From Botryllus schlosseri (Eukaryota), in assembly GCA_051294905.1 (NCBI GenBank), contig CM119381.1, forward strand, positions 22,754,001 through 22,818,000: a DNA stretch of 64,000 nt, in the 5' to 3' direction. The notes under the pieces are model-generated. The model searched no databases, was not told where the DNA came from, and was given only the letters and a program-made list of their open reading frames with translations. Positions 1 to 12,246 of this stretch are shown here, in pieces (the stretch's first letter is position 1; every line of letters begins with the position of its first letter). The position numbers and the translations under genes are program-made.

Positions 1-2476
1 ACTTGATCGCGAATAAATGGAGCTGGTTCCGTGCCAGTCGCAATGCGGTCTAATTCAGATTCGATCAGGCTATTTTCATATTTCCGCAAAGACGCATTCC
101 TGCCAATTGCAGCGCGTTCTAAAACGCAGATTACCCATTGCAGAAAGCAATCCTCGGCCGTGGAATGTTTGGGTCGTTTCTCTTTACTTGTCGCGCGGAT
201 GCCTTCTCTTTGTCTCTCGTTCACGATTTGACGGCGGCTGGTTTCGACTTTCGTACGCATGTGTGAAGTGTAAATCCGGTGCGAAACCCCTGCTTTTCAC
301 GTTAGGTATTCCGATATTTGTCGTTGGCGCTTTGCGATAAGCTTGTGGCATTTCAGACTGTCCGTCTGTCGATAAAGTCCATTGAATTTGAGTTAGCCAC
401 AAGAGAGTCCCGAACTATATGGCGACTAGCATCGTCGTGGTCCTGTGACATCACTAACCTTGCGAGCATTCGATTATTTGCGTCATAGTTCTGATTTCAA
501 TGATTGCTCGGCGGGCCAATTTGGACGGACATTTTGTCATTATCATGCTTATGATTATCATGCTCTGATTTGATATGAAATGAACTCGATTTTTGTGATA
601 TTTCTTTCTGAATTTACTTCAATATCCCAGTTTTCTCGAGTTCAGTAATTCTATTTCTAATCTAATTTGGAATAAATGAAAATTTTCTAGTTGTCGAACT
701 ACGGTTCGGAATGCAGTAGTTGTTTCTTGGCGACAGGTTCTTCATTAGTATCCACGTGAAATAAATTTGATATTGTTTCTCGATTTGTCAATATCCAGAG
801 GATTTCCGGTTGGGAAGCAATAAATTCCGGTGTCGCTGATGTATTGCATTCTCTTTCCAAGCGCATGCGTAATATTACCCGACACTGCTGCAATAATGAA
901 ACGAGATTCCCATCTCTAATCCCTATTTTCTGACAACTTGTTCAATGTGCATTCAGGCGCGCCCTGCGGATGTGTATACGGAGGGCTGCCGCACGCTCTC
1001 AATTTAGTGCGTTATGTAATGGGAAGCGAAACTGTTATTTGCTGCTTGTTTTTCTGTCGGACTTCTGGGTTTTGTGTGTTTTCGAAAGACCTTTGTAATC
1101 TTAAGCTAATCGAAAGCTCATTGGGGTCGGACAGGTCGCACGGCGGAGCTAGCCTCACAAAATTTTTTTTTGGAGGATTTTCCATCGTTTTCTGGTAGTA
1201 TCATTCCCTCGGTCACGTAATATCTCGTCAACATCGTTTTCATTTTACAAGCAATCCCATAAGCCGTAAGTATTCGCAAAATCGCGACAGTAGTGGCACT
1301 ATAATCGTATGCGCGCGTTTTCTAAGCCGTTTCAGTCGGTTTTATTGAAAGTGTAGTCCGTTTACACCACTCCAGATTTACGCGTGTATGAATTGAGATT
1401 TTGTACGGATTTCTCTCCGGGAAGCCTATATTTAGCGAGCCTGACTGGAATTTTAATTGGCCAACCGCTGCGAAACTACATGAAACGATGAACGCTGGAA
1501 CGAAGGTTATTGAATTATCCATATTGGCCTCCCGGCGACGACATTGTGACGTAGGCGCAGGCACGATTCTTATACAATTAGTTTCGGATTGTCGCGTAGC
1601 TTTCCGAACGATGCAAGGCGAAAAGTCTGCCGAATTGATGCCTCTGTATTGATTGGAGTCTTTCAAACACGGCTTGACGTGGGCGTGTAGTGGGATGGGA
1701 GTATTACGTTGTAAGACTGGTTTTGCGAAATTACGTCACGGTGGCTCCGAATTGAAGTTTTTTTTTTCGCCACGCAGTCTATTGATAGCGTGGCTGAATG
1801 GTTCTAAAAGTAGAACTGATGTGTTCAGTGGTATTGCACCGTGACGGCGTTGTGATTTACATGATTTGGGCCAATCGCACGCAGCCGTTGTACAATAAAT
1901 CAAGGCTTTGCTTCGATTTCACAGTACGAACGCCTGTCGCCTGTGCACTTGTGCAGTGTGCAGGGTCTGATTTATGTCTTTCGTTAGAGGTTTATGGAAT
2001 ATAGTAATGCAACTATCCGATTTAGAAAATCCTTGGACCCGTAAATCAGATTAGAATAGCCGGCTAGGCGCAGTTCACTACAAAGCACTAAACTGCAAGC
2101 TAACCCTATGTTGCGCGACCTTCTTGTATTGTATGTACAGTGTACAGTGTACAGGGTACACGTACAGTGCAAGGTTGAAATTATGATCATAATGGCCATG
2201 TTCGGCTGAGAAACATGTATCATGGCCTTACAGACAGGGTTGACGAAAATGAGACAAACTAAGGACGCAAGTCAACGATTGCACAAAACTTATAAATAAT
2301 GCCAATGCAGTTTTATAAGACTCCCCCCTACGAAATAAGATGTCTTAATGAGAATAGACGACGTGGTGAACACCCAGCTTATGGGCAATGGGCATACATT
2401 CCACGACTCATTAATTGCCGCTTTGTGCAAGTACTATCTGTACGATTTGTAAGTGTATTGCAAGAATTTTGTTTTT

Positions 2477-2610
2477 ACAATGTTCTTTCCAATTCTCTAC
2501 TAGTTGATGATGATTACCCTTGACAAGTGCCAGTCTAAAAATACTCGGTTTTATTTCAATATGAATATAATATGAAATTGTATATCGAAGTTCTGTACCT
2601 CCAAGAAGCT
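2477..2610 (+). repeat. Penelope pseudo-LTR copy, decayed hammerhead
   Basis: acaatgttctttccaattctctactagttg...gaagttctgtacctccaagaagct. Confidence 0.8.
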
Positions 2611-3258
2611 GTGCCAGTATTTTTTCATAATAGAGACGGCAAATTTAACGTAGCCGACGGCATCGGGAATGTAAGCACGGCAGGATATACCACCGCCACG
2701 ACTCACGAGGCTTTTTGATGACGCATTCCGAGCCGTTAGCGACTAATTAGTGCGATGTCGCATGCGTAATTACGGCATCAGCGTTTTTATGCGGGGATGG
2801 GGTTTGGGAGGGACGCGTTTGACGCACGCCACACGGTTGCGATACGTGGAATCTCCGTCAAATCGAAAGTGTTGTTCATCGCCCGTTGATTGCTTTGGAT
2901 GAGCCAGAGTGTGATACAGTACCTAGTCATGGTCATTGACCAGCGGTGAAATGTGACTATTACTGTTTTCGAATCGAATGCAGATGCGCTTTATGGTCAA
3001 ATATAAAGTGCAGTGCCTCCGGGCTAACAAACTACGTGCTGCCAGAGTAGCCAACTAGAAAATTTTCCAAACAACATTAGAATTAGAATTATAGCTACAC
3101 ATTTTTTTTCGAAATTGATTAGAATTAGATATACTGAATTCGCGTAAACTTCGAAATTTGTCCAAGTTCAGTTCGTATCAAACCAGAGTTCGTTCTCGAT
3201 AGCAAGAGAATGACAAATGTCAGTACGACAAGCTTGGCTCGTTTCGCACTATACACAG

Positions 3259-3917
3259 TAGGGCTCTTCAAAAATGACTTTTTTTCTCAAATCGTACTGG
3301 CTACTTGATAAAATTGTTAGGCTACCTAATTTAAGCCTACACACAAAATTTGGATCAATTCCACCAAGTAACCGCTTTGCTACAGGAGAAGAAAGTTTCT
3401 ATTTATCATATAAAAATAAATGATAAAAAATTTGAAAATTTTGTTCACCCCATGAAAGTGTTAGGCTGTCTATAGAAACGATGCTCACCAAATTTGGTTC
3501 AATTCCAACCAGTGGAAGCGGAGTTATTGCCGTCGAAAAATTTGGATTTGAATAAAATAGTATTTACGGTGACCGATTCTTTGTTTATTTATTATAGTTG
3601 TGCTCACCGTAAACTATTTTATTCAAATCCAAATTTTTCGACGGCAATAACTCCGCTTCCACTGATTGGAATTGAACCAAATTTGGTGAGCATCGTTTCT
3701 ATAGACAGCCTAACACTTTCATGGGGTGAACAGAAAAATTTCAAATTTTTTATTATTTATTTTTGTATAATAAATAGGAACTTACTTCTCCTGTAGCAAA
3801 GCGGTTACTGGCTGGAATTGAACCAAATTTTGTGTGTAGGCTTAAATTAGGTAACCTAACAATTTTATCAAGTAGCCAGTACGATTTGAGAAAAAAAGTC
3901 ATTTTTGAAGAGCCCTA
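3259..3917. mobile_element. Foldback MITE with TAGGG...CCCTA ends (probably Ac-type hAT), arms about 310 bp
   Basis: tagggctcttcaaaaatgac...gtcatttttgaagagcccta; near-perfect long inverted arms. Confidence 0.85.
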
Positions 3918-4930
3918 ATGCCCATGTCTGCTGCGAGCCACCAAGTGAAAAAAAAACAATTGACGAATTGTTAGTCGGAAGGTACTGCCAGTCATATTTG
4001 AAATTACGAATCAAGTCTGCACAGCAAGCTCATAATATGAGTCCAACGGCAGCGTTGTATTGATTAATAATTTCTCCACCGCCCGTAGTGCACACTCCTT
4101 AGCAACCCAAGGGTCATGTTAGTATAATGCGATTACGTCTCAAAAAACATCCACGACTGTGACTCACGCGGTTATGTTTGTTGGATTTCGCTCCGCGCCA
4201 TGAACGGATGACATTGGAATCCCCGGGGAGGAATGACGCATGCGTGTTGCTATTGGATACCGTTTTCGAGACTGGAAAGGCACCGAAAGAGCATACGAGG
4301 ACACGCGATTTATTGTTTTTCGAGTCTTAATCATATAATCAGGCCCGTCCGCATTGATTCATTATCAACAGGCTTGTTTTCAATCGTTGACTCGCGTTGT
4401 GGATGCATTGATCGTGTCTTAATTCCCATCAAGTACTCTGTCGCCACTTTAGAGTGCTTACCTGCTTACGAATGACGACGTTTCGCAGATCGACTGTGAC
4501 GTCAACGGCATTATCGCGATACAATGGAATCGGATATTCCCGGAAAAGGACAGTTCGCTTTTAAAAGTTACGATGACACGCCGATGCTTTTCGCGAAGTG
4601 GCGAAGCGATGAGTCATTATACTTGATCTTGTTGCGTGCCTTCGACGGGCGTGTCTCTCGGTAATAACACCGCTGTGTAGCGTCACATTTAGGCGTGTGT
4701 TTATAAGGATCGGAGTTTTATTATTGTCATATCGCGTGCGCCGATAAAAGCATCCCTGGCGCTCGTTAGGGTTTGGAAATGATGGAATAAATTTAAGATA
4801 CCGTCACGTGTTTGAGGTTTATTCTTCGCGATAAATCATGTAGTTGTAGTTACGCCTTGCTATCCAATTTCAGTCAGCTATGGTACACACGTCTATCTAC
4901 AAACAAAATATGCATGTTGAGTATTTGAAC

Positions 4931-5071
4931 AGCTTCTTTGAGGTACAGAACTTCAATATACAATTGAATAGTATATTCATATTAAAATGAACCCGAATAT
5001 TTTCGGCTGAGTGTCAGCCGAAAATATTCGGGTTCATTTTAATATGAATATACTATTCAATTGTATGTTGA
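4931..5071. repeat. Inverted pair of Penelope pseudo-LTR 3' ends
   Basis: Arms 4953-5010 and 5014-5071 around a gtg spacer. Confidence 0.85.
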
Positions 5072-6770
5072 GTATTAAAAGTTGTTATCGACTGGACGTG
5101 GTGTAGAATTTTTGTCAGCATTTTCGTACACAATTTTTGCTGATATAAACTTTTGTCGATGTTTCGGGACTCAATGGCCTGGGTCAGAAACTGCTTTTCG
5201 GGCGGAAGAAAATGACGTCATTTCCGAATTTTCTTTGCCGCTCAATTCTAAATTTTGTGGCGCTGTGTTGAGATTTTCGTGCTCAAACGAACCGAAGTTT
5301 CATTCACAGCCTTCGCGCCCGTCGTCCGATTCGTGTCGCTTTCACATTGCCATGGCCGATGCGATATTTCTTGAAATCACAGTTGTGTCGACAGACAATA
5401 GAATTATACCGGAATCTCTGAAGCCTCGCCTCGTTTCAATGGGCGAGGACAAATAATGCATAGTCGCCAAGACTATTTTTCCAAAGTTTTCAAGGAAACG
5501 AGTGCCACAGCCTCCCATGATTTAGCTTTAGCTTCCTTTTCGGCGTGGGCGCAATTTGCATGATGCTCCTTTGTCGCTTCGGTGTAATTTGAGATCTTTC
5601 CGCGGGCCCGCCACGCTGTCTTGTTTTTGCGGCTTCCTGCTTACAATGGCGAACACAGCCAGACAGCGTTGTTTATGTAATTTGTGACTGCAAGCAATTT
5701 TTGCGTACCATTCGCAGTGGCTTGACTTGAATGGGAGCTTTGAATTTGTTGAAGTGCTCAATAGTGACTCGAGGACAATACAAAAGTACAGGGAAACTGT
5801 ATGTGAAAGGGTGTGAATTTTTTTATTTCTAATGATACCAGTTATATTACAAACTATGCAACAGCCCCGTGCTGAAAAACCGTTGACTAACAACACCGAA
5901 TTAATACTACTAGCTTACACGGCTGTTGTGTATTCACTATTCAGCGTTACAAAGTGAGGAAGCGAGGCCTGTTCCGGCCGTAGTAATCTTCTGAATGTGT
6001 GACGCACGCCTCTCCTGCGCTGCAGCGGCCTGGGCAGGATGCGTGTCTCTGATTACACATGTCGTTTGTGGCCGTCAGTGTTTTGTGAGTCCTTAGAATT
6101 CGCGACTCAGCCCGTGCTTACAAAACAATTCAGCGCGGTTATTGCACGTATACGTTGATGACACGAAGAGGCGTTACCCTAACTAAGTTGCCAGCCGACG
6201 TTCTGATTTCCCCATTGTAGGCGCACCCGATGGCCTTCGTGTACATGTCGTCCGTGGCGGGTTATTCTCGATTCTGGAATCCGTATAGTGAAACCAGCGC
6301 ACTACTTTTTAGAGAACACGCAGGAAAACAAAATTATGTAACATTGATAATAATTTGCGGTAAACAAGAGCACAAACTCACCAAGATATATCATACCCGG
6401 TAGCGTCAATTCTGCAACGTATGAGATAATTGCCGCACATTTTACTCATCGTAGTTTAGTGAGCCGGCTATTACAAATAGCTGTTTCTATTGAACGCGAT
6501 GGAAACTTACTTTTATGCAGCGAATTCTATTAAACGATTCACAGCACGACACAATTAAATAGCTCTCTGTACGAATGCTTTACGATATATCGCATCGGAC
6601 CTAAGAGCAATGATAAACGTGTAATATGCCCATTTTAACTTTAAATATGATGGATGTCTTATTGTCCTATGTCGTGTCAATGGAACGAGTTCTATGCCGT
6701 GCATTATTCTGGTTTACTGCACCGTAAAATTATTTTTTCTCCGTTGCTGCATCGGCTACGATAAGCAGTA

Positions 6771-6834
6771 TTGAATAGTATATTGATATTGAATTAAACT
6801 CGAGTTTATTTCAATATGAGAATATTATTCAATT
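6771..6834. repeat. Short inverted pair of Penelope pseudo-LTR 3' ends
   Basis: gaatagtatattgatattgaattaaactc|gagtttatttcaatatgagaatattattc. Confidence 0.65.
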
Positions 6835-7620
6835 GGACATTGGCATTCTGTACATCCGAGAAACTCTCCAGACAAGCATTATGTACGGCTTGGCACGCTC
6901 GGGCACACATTCTGACGTTTAGCTAGGCGACATGACTATGCGATTTCTTTGATACCTGAGGCCGCTTCACGGTCGAGCACGCGTTGCCGTATTTAGGTGG
7001 AGAGAATGGCTTCGTAGTGCTCCCGTGTAATATATCGAACTGACGTAACGGTGATGCTGTGTCGTGTGGTACGATCCAAGCAATCCGTCATGTTAATACG
7101 AGGTAGCGCACCAAAGGGAACACTGTACCTTTTTCGTCTCGTGTGCTTTTTAAGTTAGGCCGTCTGTGCGCTGTCTCTCGCGCGCACCATTCTCCGCAGT
7201 TTACCGAAGCCGAGCTTGAAGCCGGCGTCTCTCGAAGCCTTTTTTTTCGACGAACGCGGGCTTAGGATACGTCACCGCGAAACAAATACCTCGGATTCCG
7301 CGCGATCCGAGTAATCTCGATCGACCGTCGAGCCGTGAGGGTGGAATTTTCGGCGTACAGATAGTCTGCAGACTTGGTTTATTGTGATACACAGTCAGCT
7401 GATTCAGGGATTATCTGTGCAATTCCAAACACACATTAGTAGCAATACTATTCCGTAACGCACCTAAATACTATATTCGTTATTTGAAGTATATATATCG
7501 ATTACTCATTAACCATTGGTTGTGGCGTATATGCCTGCTGCATATAAGCGGTCTCCCAGTTCGGGTGCTCCGAAGGCCGAAATCGATAACAGAGTAGGCA
7601 AGGGACAGCGTACTGCAACA

Positions 7621-9762
7621 ATGTCGGCGACAGCGGGCTCATCTCGGCCGTCGAGGCAACACTGTTATTTATGCGACCTTCCCCGCATGCCGTGGGCGAT
7701 GGTTTTCGACTTTACCGAGCCTCTTTGCAGAGGTTGCGTCAATTACGAAGGCCCGGATAGGATCGAGACTGTTTTGGATGTCGCGCGGCAACAAAAGCAC
7801 GCGCATCAAGGCTATCGACAGAGCGCCGCCTCGGGCCATGAACAGCCTACCGCCAATGGCGGTCATTATCAGACACCTTCGCATCACCCCACAAGACGAT
7901 CTCCACCGCATAAGCCTAGCGGTAACCACGCGTCGGACGCCCATCGACTACAAGACCGCTACCATTTATCGAATGATATCAAAACAAGCCTGTACGGGCA
8001 ACAGCACAATTCAAATTCCAGCAATTCTCACAAGTCCAGAATCAACGGAATACATTTCCAACCGAGCAAAGACGAAGACACGCCGTTGTCGATATCAAGC
8101 AGACGCGGCTCGCTGCCGGCTACTTTAGCAAACCCAACCGGGCCTGCACATTTACTAGCTGCCAACGGATGTATCATCGGCAGTCCTGGTTTATTGCCAA
8201 GCCACTCTGCAGCTAGACACGGACTTATCCCGGAGTACGTAAACTCGCCTGTGTTATCACGACAAACCAGCACCGGGCCTTTGAGCGCAAAAATGCCAGG
8301 AGAACCTCTGCACAGTCACCATTTAAGCATATCCCAATCGGCGTACGCTTTGGTCGACGAAAAAGCAAGCCTCGTGAGAGACGTGATAGGCGTGCTGAAT
8401 CAATGCGCGCCATTCGAGGTTAGGTTCAAGAAAGACCACGATTTGAAAGGCCGTGTGGTATCTTTCGACGCTCCGTACAAGCCAGGGTCGGAATACGAAA
8501 TGAAAGTGTACATCGAGTATCCTATCGGCTCCGCGAGCGTGTATTCGAGCGCGTCCGGTGTGGCGAAACAGATGTTTCAAGACACCCGTAAAGACGTGGG
8601 AAAAGGTACTCTCAGCTCCGGTTTTAAGTATCTAGAATACGAGATGAAGCACGGTTCCGGGGAATGGAGATTGCTGGGAGATTTACTACCGGACGCGACC
8701 CGATCTTTCAGAGAGCCGCTATCTCGCGAGGCGCTCCCACACCCGTATTTGGACCCTAACCACCCTGATTTGCCTACCACCACAGCGGGAATTACAAGCC
8801 CCGGGTATTTATCATTGAAAGGCGTGTCGCAAGGTGGTAACTTTCCGAGAAAACGCAAGTTATCGCCCGACACAGACGCGGACGCTCCTAGCAATAAGTT
8901 TTTCGACGCTGCGCTGGCTAGCAGGATATCATCCAACGAGGCTTTTTCGAAGCTAGGACTTTTGCAAGGCACGATCGGGTTCAACATGCTGCAACAGCAG
9001 CATTTGGCGATGGTGACGGCGGCGCCTACGTCGTCTAAAGTGTCTTCGGCGCTGATAGCCGGTCGTATTCCTACTTCTCTATCTTTGGGTCTGCACGAAC
9101 ACCGCCCCAGGGCCGGCAGCGACGGTCCACAAAGTCCTAATCACGGCTCAAACGCACAACAAGCGAGCTCTCCGACAGAAAAACGCACAAGCCCGTTGAC
9201 AAACAGCGCACAGCGTACTAACAGCAGCGGAAGTACAGGCAGCACGTCTTCCATGTCGCAAAACCCTGCTCCGGTTACGTCTCCTGTGACGAGAGGCCCG
9301 TCTCCGCCTAGCACTCAGAACGATTCGAGCAATCACTCCGACAGGCGCGCGCGTACTTCGAGCAGCACTAGCAGTAATGGTAGCGGTGTAGGCGGACATC
9401 CAAGCAGCACAAGCCCGAAACAAGCCGCAACTGTACCGAACACGCCTACATCTAGCATGCCGTTGCCTGGGGCGCCCGGAGCGGTGCCAATGACTCCTTT
9501 AAATTGCGCGTTATGCCGCGGCAGGCTGGAAGACACGCATTTTGTGCAGTGTCCTTCACAGTCGGCGCATAAGTTTTGCTTCCCGTGCTCGCGATCTAGC
9601 ATTAAAGAACAGACGGCCCGCGGGGGAGAGGTGTACTGTCCGAGCGGGATGAAATGCCCGCTGGTTGGGTCAAATGTGGCGTGGGCTTTCATGAAAGGAG
9701 AGATCTCCACGATTTTGAGAGGAGACGTGAAAGTGAAGAAAGAAACGGAGCAAGAAGCTTAA
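7621..9762 (+). CDS. IRF2BPL: Interferon regulatory factor 2-binding protein family (IRF2BPL/IRF2BP1-like) transcriptional corepressor / E3 ligase, single coding exon, 713 aa from ATG 7621 (an in-frame ATG at 7531 would add 30 aa)
   Basis: N-terminal C4 zinc finger [33 protein letters not shown]; middle domain [10 protein letters not shown]...[19 protein letters not shown]...[25 protein letters not shown]; LPHPYLD; RKRK NLS; C-terminal [36 protein letters not shown]...[15 protein letters not shown] lines up with the vertebrate start MSAAQVSSSRRQSC. Confidence 0.95.
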   Translation: MSATAGSSRPSRQHCYLCDLPRMPWAMVFDFTEPLCRGCVNYEGPDRIETVLDVARQQKHAHQGYRQSAASGHEQPTANGGHYQTPSHHPTRRSPPHKPSGNHASDAHRLQDRYHLSNDIKTSLYGQQHNSNSSNSHKSRINGIHFQPSKDEDTPLSISSRRGSLPATLANPTGPAHLLAANGCIIGSPGLLPSHSAARHGLIPEYVNSPVLSRQTSTGPLSAKMPGEPLHSHHLSISQSAYALVDEKASLVRDVIGVLNQCAPFEVRFKKDHDLKGRVVSFDAPYKPGSEYEMKVYIEYPIGSASVYSSASGVAKQMFQDTRKDVGKGTLSSGFKYLEYEMKHGSGEWRLLGDLLPDATRSFREPLSREALPHPYLDPNHPDLPTTTAGITSPGYLSLKGVSQGGNFPRKRKLSPDTDADAPSNKFFDAALASRISSNEAFSKLGLLQGTIGFNMLQQQHLAMVTAAPTSSKVSSALIAGRIPTSLSLGLHEHRPRAGSDGPQSPNHGSNAQQASSPTEKRTSPLTNSAQRTNSSGSTGSTSSMSQNPAPVTSPVTRGPSPPSTQNDSSNHSDRRARTSSSTSSNGSGVGGHPSSTSPKQAATVPNTPTSSMPLPGAPGAVPMTPLNCALCRGRLEDTHFVQCPSQSAHKFCFPCSRSSIKEQTARGGEVYCPSGMKCPLVGSNVAWAFMKGEISTILRGDVKVKKETEQEA

Positions 9763-11748
9763 GATAGGTTTCTGAACACTGCGATTCGGCCTTAGGCCTG
9801 TGATTCGATTCAGCCTCGGCTGCATTTCGATTCGATTCGCGAGGCAAACACTGTCGGTGCCGCGCGTTAGGACGAAGTCAGTGCTAAAAAATTAACTGTG
9901 TGCTATGAAAAATCGAACTTTGCCAACGCAACGACGTTTTTTTTCTACTTTCGTACGCCGGTCGCTCGTGGCTTGCCCTGTCGTGATTATGTGACGAAGT
10001 TCCGAACCCGTTGGTTGTTGTAGTCGTGTCTCGTTTCGTTATTATTCCGAATTTCGTTCTATATTATCTGGATATGTGTGGCGGCTGGCGCGAGTCTCTG
10101 CTGTTACGTTTTGTTGTTTGTTCGCTATTTACGTCTACATTTATTCGGTTTTTTGTTGCTTATCACAGACTTTGCTACACTGAGTTATGTGCTTTCGAAA
10201 GACTTTTACTTTCTTATTCATGTGGAGTTCAATATAAATACACAGAAAATGAAATGATGACATGCGAAGATGCTATAGGTAATCGGACAGATGTGGTGTG
10301 TCTACGAAACCATAGACAGCTTCGATTACGTAAGTAGCAGACCACCTTGCCTATACGAGAGTCGATAACCACCGCGCAGCCATTGGTGCGTTTGAGAGAA
10401 CTCGCGGTGACGTCACAATCATTCCAACTCGATTGGTGGCCTGGTATAGTTACTCCTGAATTGGTCTGCTTTGATTCGTGTGTGTTCGCGGTGAAATGGG
10501 GCAGAGTTTGGATTATAGCGATGTATTTTTTTCTTCAAATTATATGGAATTAGAATTACTGAATTCGCAAAAACTTGTAAATTGTTTTCAATTCTGATTT
10601 AAAAGCGTCAGAGATAATTCTCGTAGCACGTTTCGCACTACGCAGGTCACCTTTAGTATCCAGGAAATTAATTAGATTAGTTCGACAACTAGAATTATCT
10701 AATTGTTCGGATATGGAGATCGCGGGCACGGTTTCGGGGGTATACGCCCCAATTGCGCAGCTCCGCCGGGTCTGATAGGCACAGGATCTTACACTTACAA
10801 TGACTAATGCGTTCGTGCCACCGCCTTCATCGTAACTGTATCCTTCATGATTCACCGGAAATTCGCGCGTGATGAGAGCGTATGAGCGTTGAGCATATTT
10901 TCGCGGTCCTCATAGTACGCGCCCGCCCTGGATGCAATGCGAATGCGGCATCTGAAATGCTGCGTTTCGAGTGGTCAACTTGGTCAGAAGTCGGCAATCT
11001 TTTTTGCTCTGCGGACGAGTTTCAAAATGAATTTTATTTCGCTGACCAGTCCTCAAAAACACAATCATGCAACATTGGAAATTGATTGCAGCTAATGCAG
11101 TATATGGTCACTAATGAGTGCACAGTAAGGCGGTAACACGCATGCTTAGATTGAATAGATTGCATTTATTTCTTTTTTCATTTTTATCAGTGGTTTAGAT
11201 TACCATGCAAAAGCATACGAACCCTTAAGGGCCCCTAAAAGCCTAAACTAAGTGACAGCTACCTGTAGTTTCTCGATATCGGAGACGGGCGACTGTTATT
11301 CCGATCGGCCCACATAAAAAACAGAACATAATGCGGCTCTGAAAATTTAACGTTCATAATCTCAATTCCCGTTATGCGGTTGCAAGCCTATGCTACATAT
11401 CATTAAACACCAATACAGGCCCGCTGTAGTTGACTGCTATGTTTACGTGTTTACAATCGCGCACGTCAAGTCTGAAGAGTGGTCGGAGTTGTTACGTAGG
11501 GTCTGTTTGAGAAACCTAACGGGTGAGATGAGGCCATCCATCCGTAGGTCACCCAGGTCTGCGTGTGGAGGATGTTAAAACGCTATATTGATATCAGATT
11601 CGTAAGAATTTGCATCGCGCCAAATAACACTCGCTTTTGGTACGTAGGCGTAATGGCGATACTGCACTAGTGCACAGTGCATACTGTTATGTAAGGATGA
11701 TAATGGGTTTTCCTACTGCTATCAAAATGCCGATATTCGTGTAGCGGT

Positions 11749-12246
11749 CAGGGCTGGGCACAATGATTCGAGTACTCGAATCTGAATCGAGTATTTTAAT
11801 GATTCGAGTCGAGTAATAAAAGTCGAATTTTTCGAGTACTGAAATTATACACTCCTCGGAACTGAAAGTTAATTTACTCGCGAGAATTATAATTTTGACA
11901 CTATTTTCCATGGATGAAGCCTTGAAACCTTGATCGTCCGTGTCGCAGCGTACGAGACATAGTACAAAGCTACGAACTTTACTAGAAATAACACATTTCC
12001 GAAGTCATGATCATCTCAAAACATTGTAAAGAAGTGCAATGAAATTGGTGGTCGAAAAAATACCAAAGTATCTTTAACGTGACAGATAACAGGCATTATG
12101 TTCAAGTACATATGTACAAGTACATATTTGAACTTTGATATAGGACATTCTGTTGTGACATCATGATTAATGATACTCGAAAACTCGACTCGAAGCGAAA
12201 TATGTAATTCAGAATCGAATCACTCAGGTACTCGATTTTGCCCAGC
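11749..12246. mobile_element. hAT-like MITE with internal TCGAGTACTCGA-rich repeats
   Basis: cagggctgggca / tgcccagc ends; flanks gtagcggt and atagcgga resemble a decayed 8-bp TSD. Confidence 0.55.

Noticed and set aside
5344-5360. RFX X-box-like attgccatggccga
   Set aside because: Only a half-site match and far from the ciliary gene; no convincing X-box found near TALPID3.
7669-9710. Several antisense and alternative-frame ORFs overlapping IRF2BP
   Set aside because: Shadows of a GC-rich coding sequence with no recognisable motifs.
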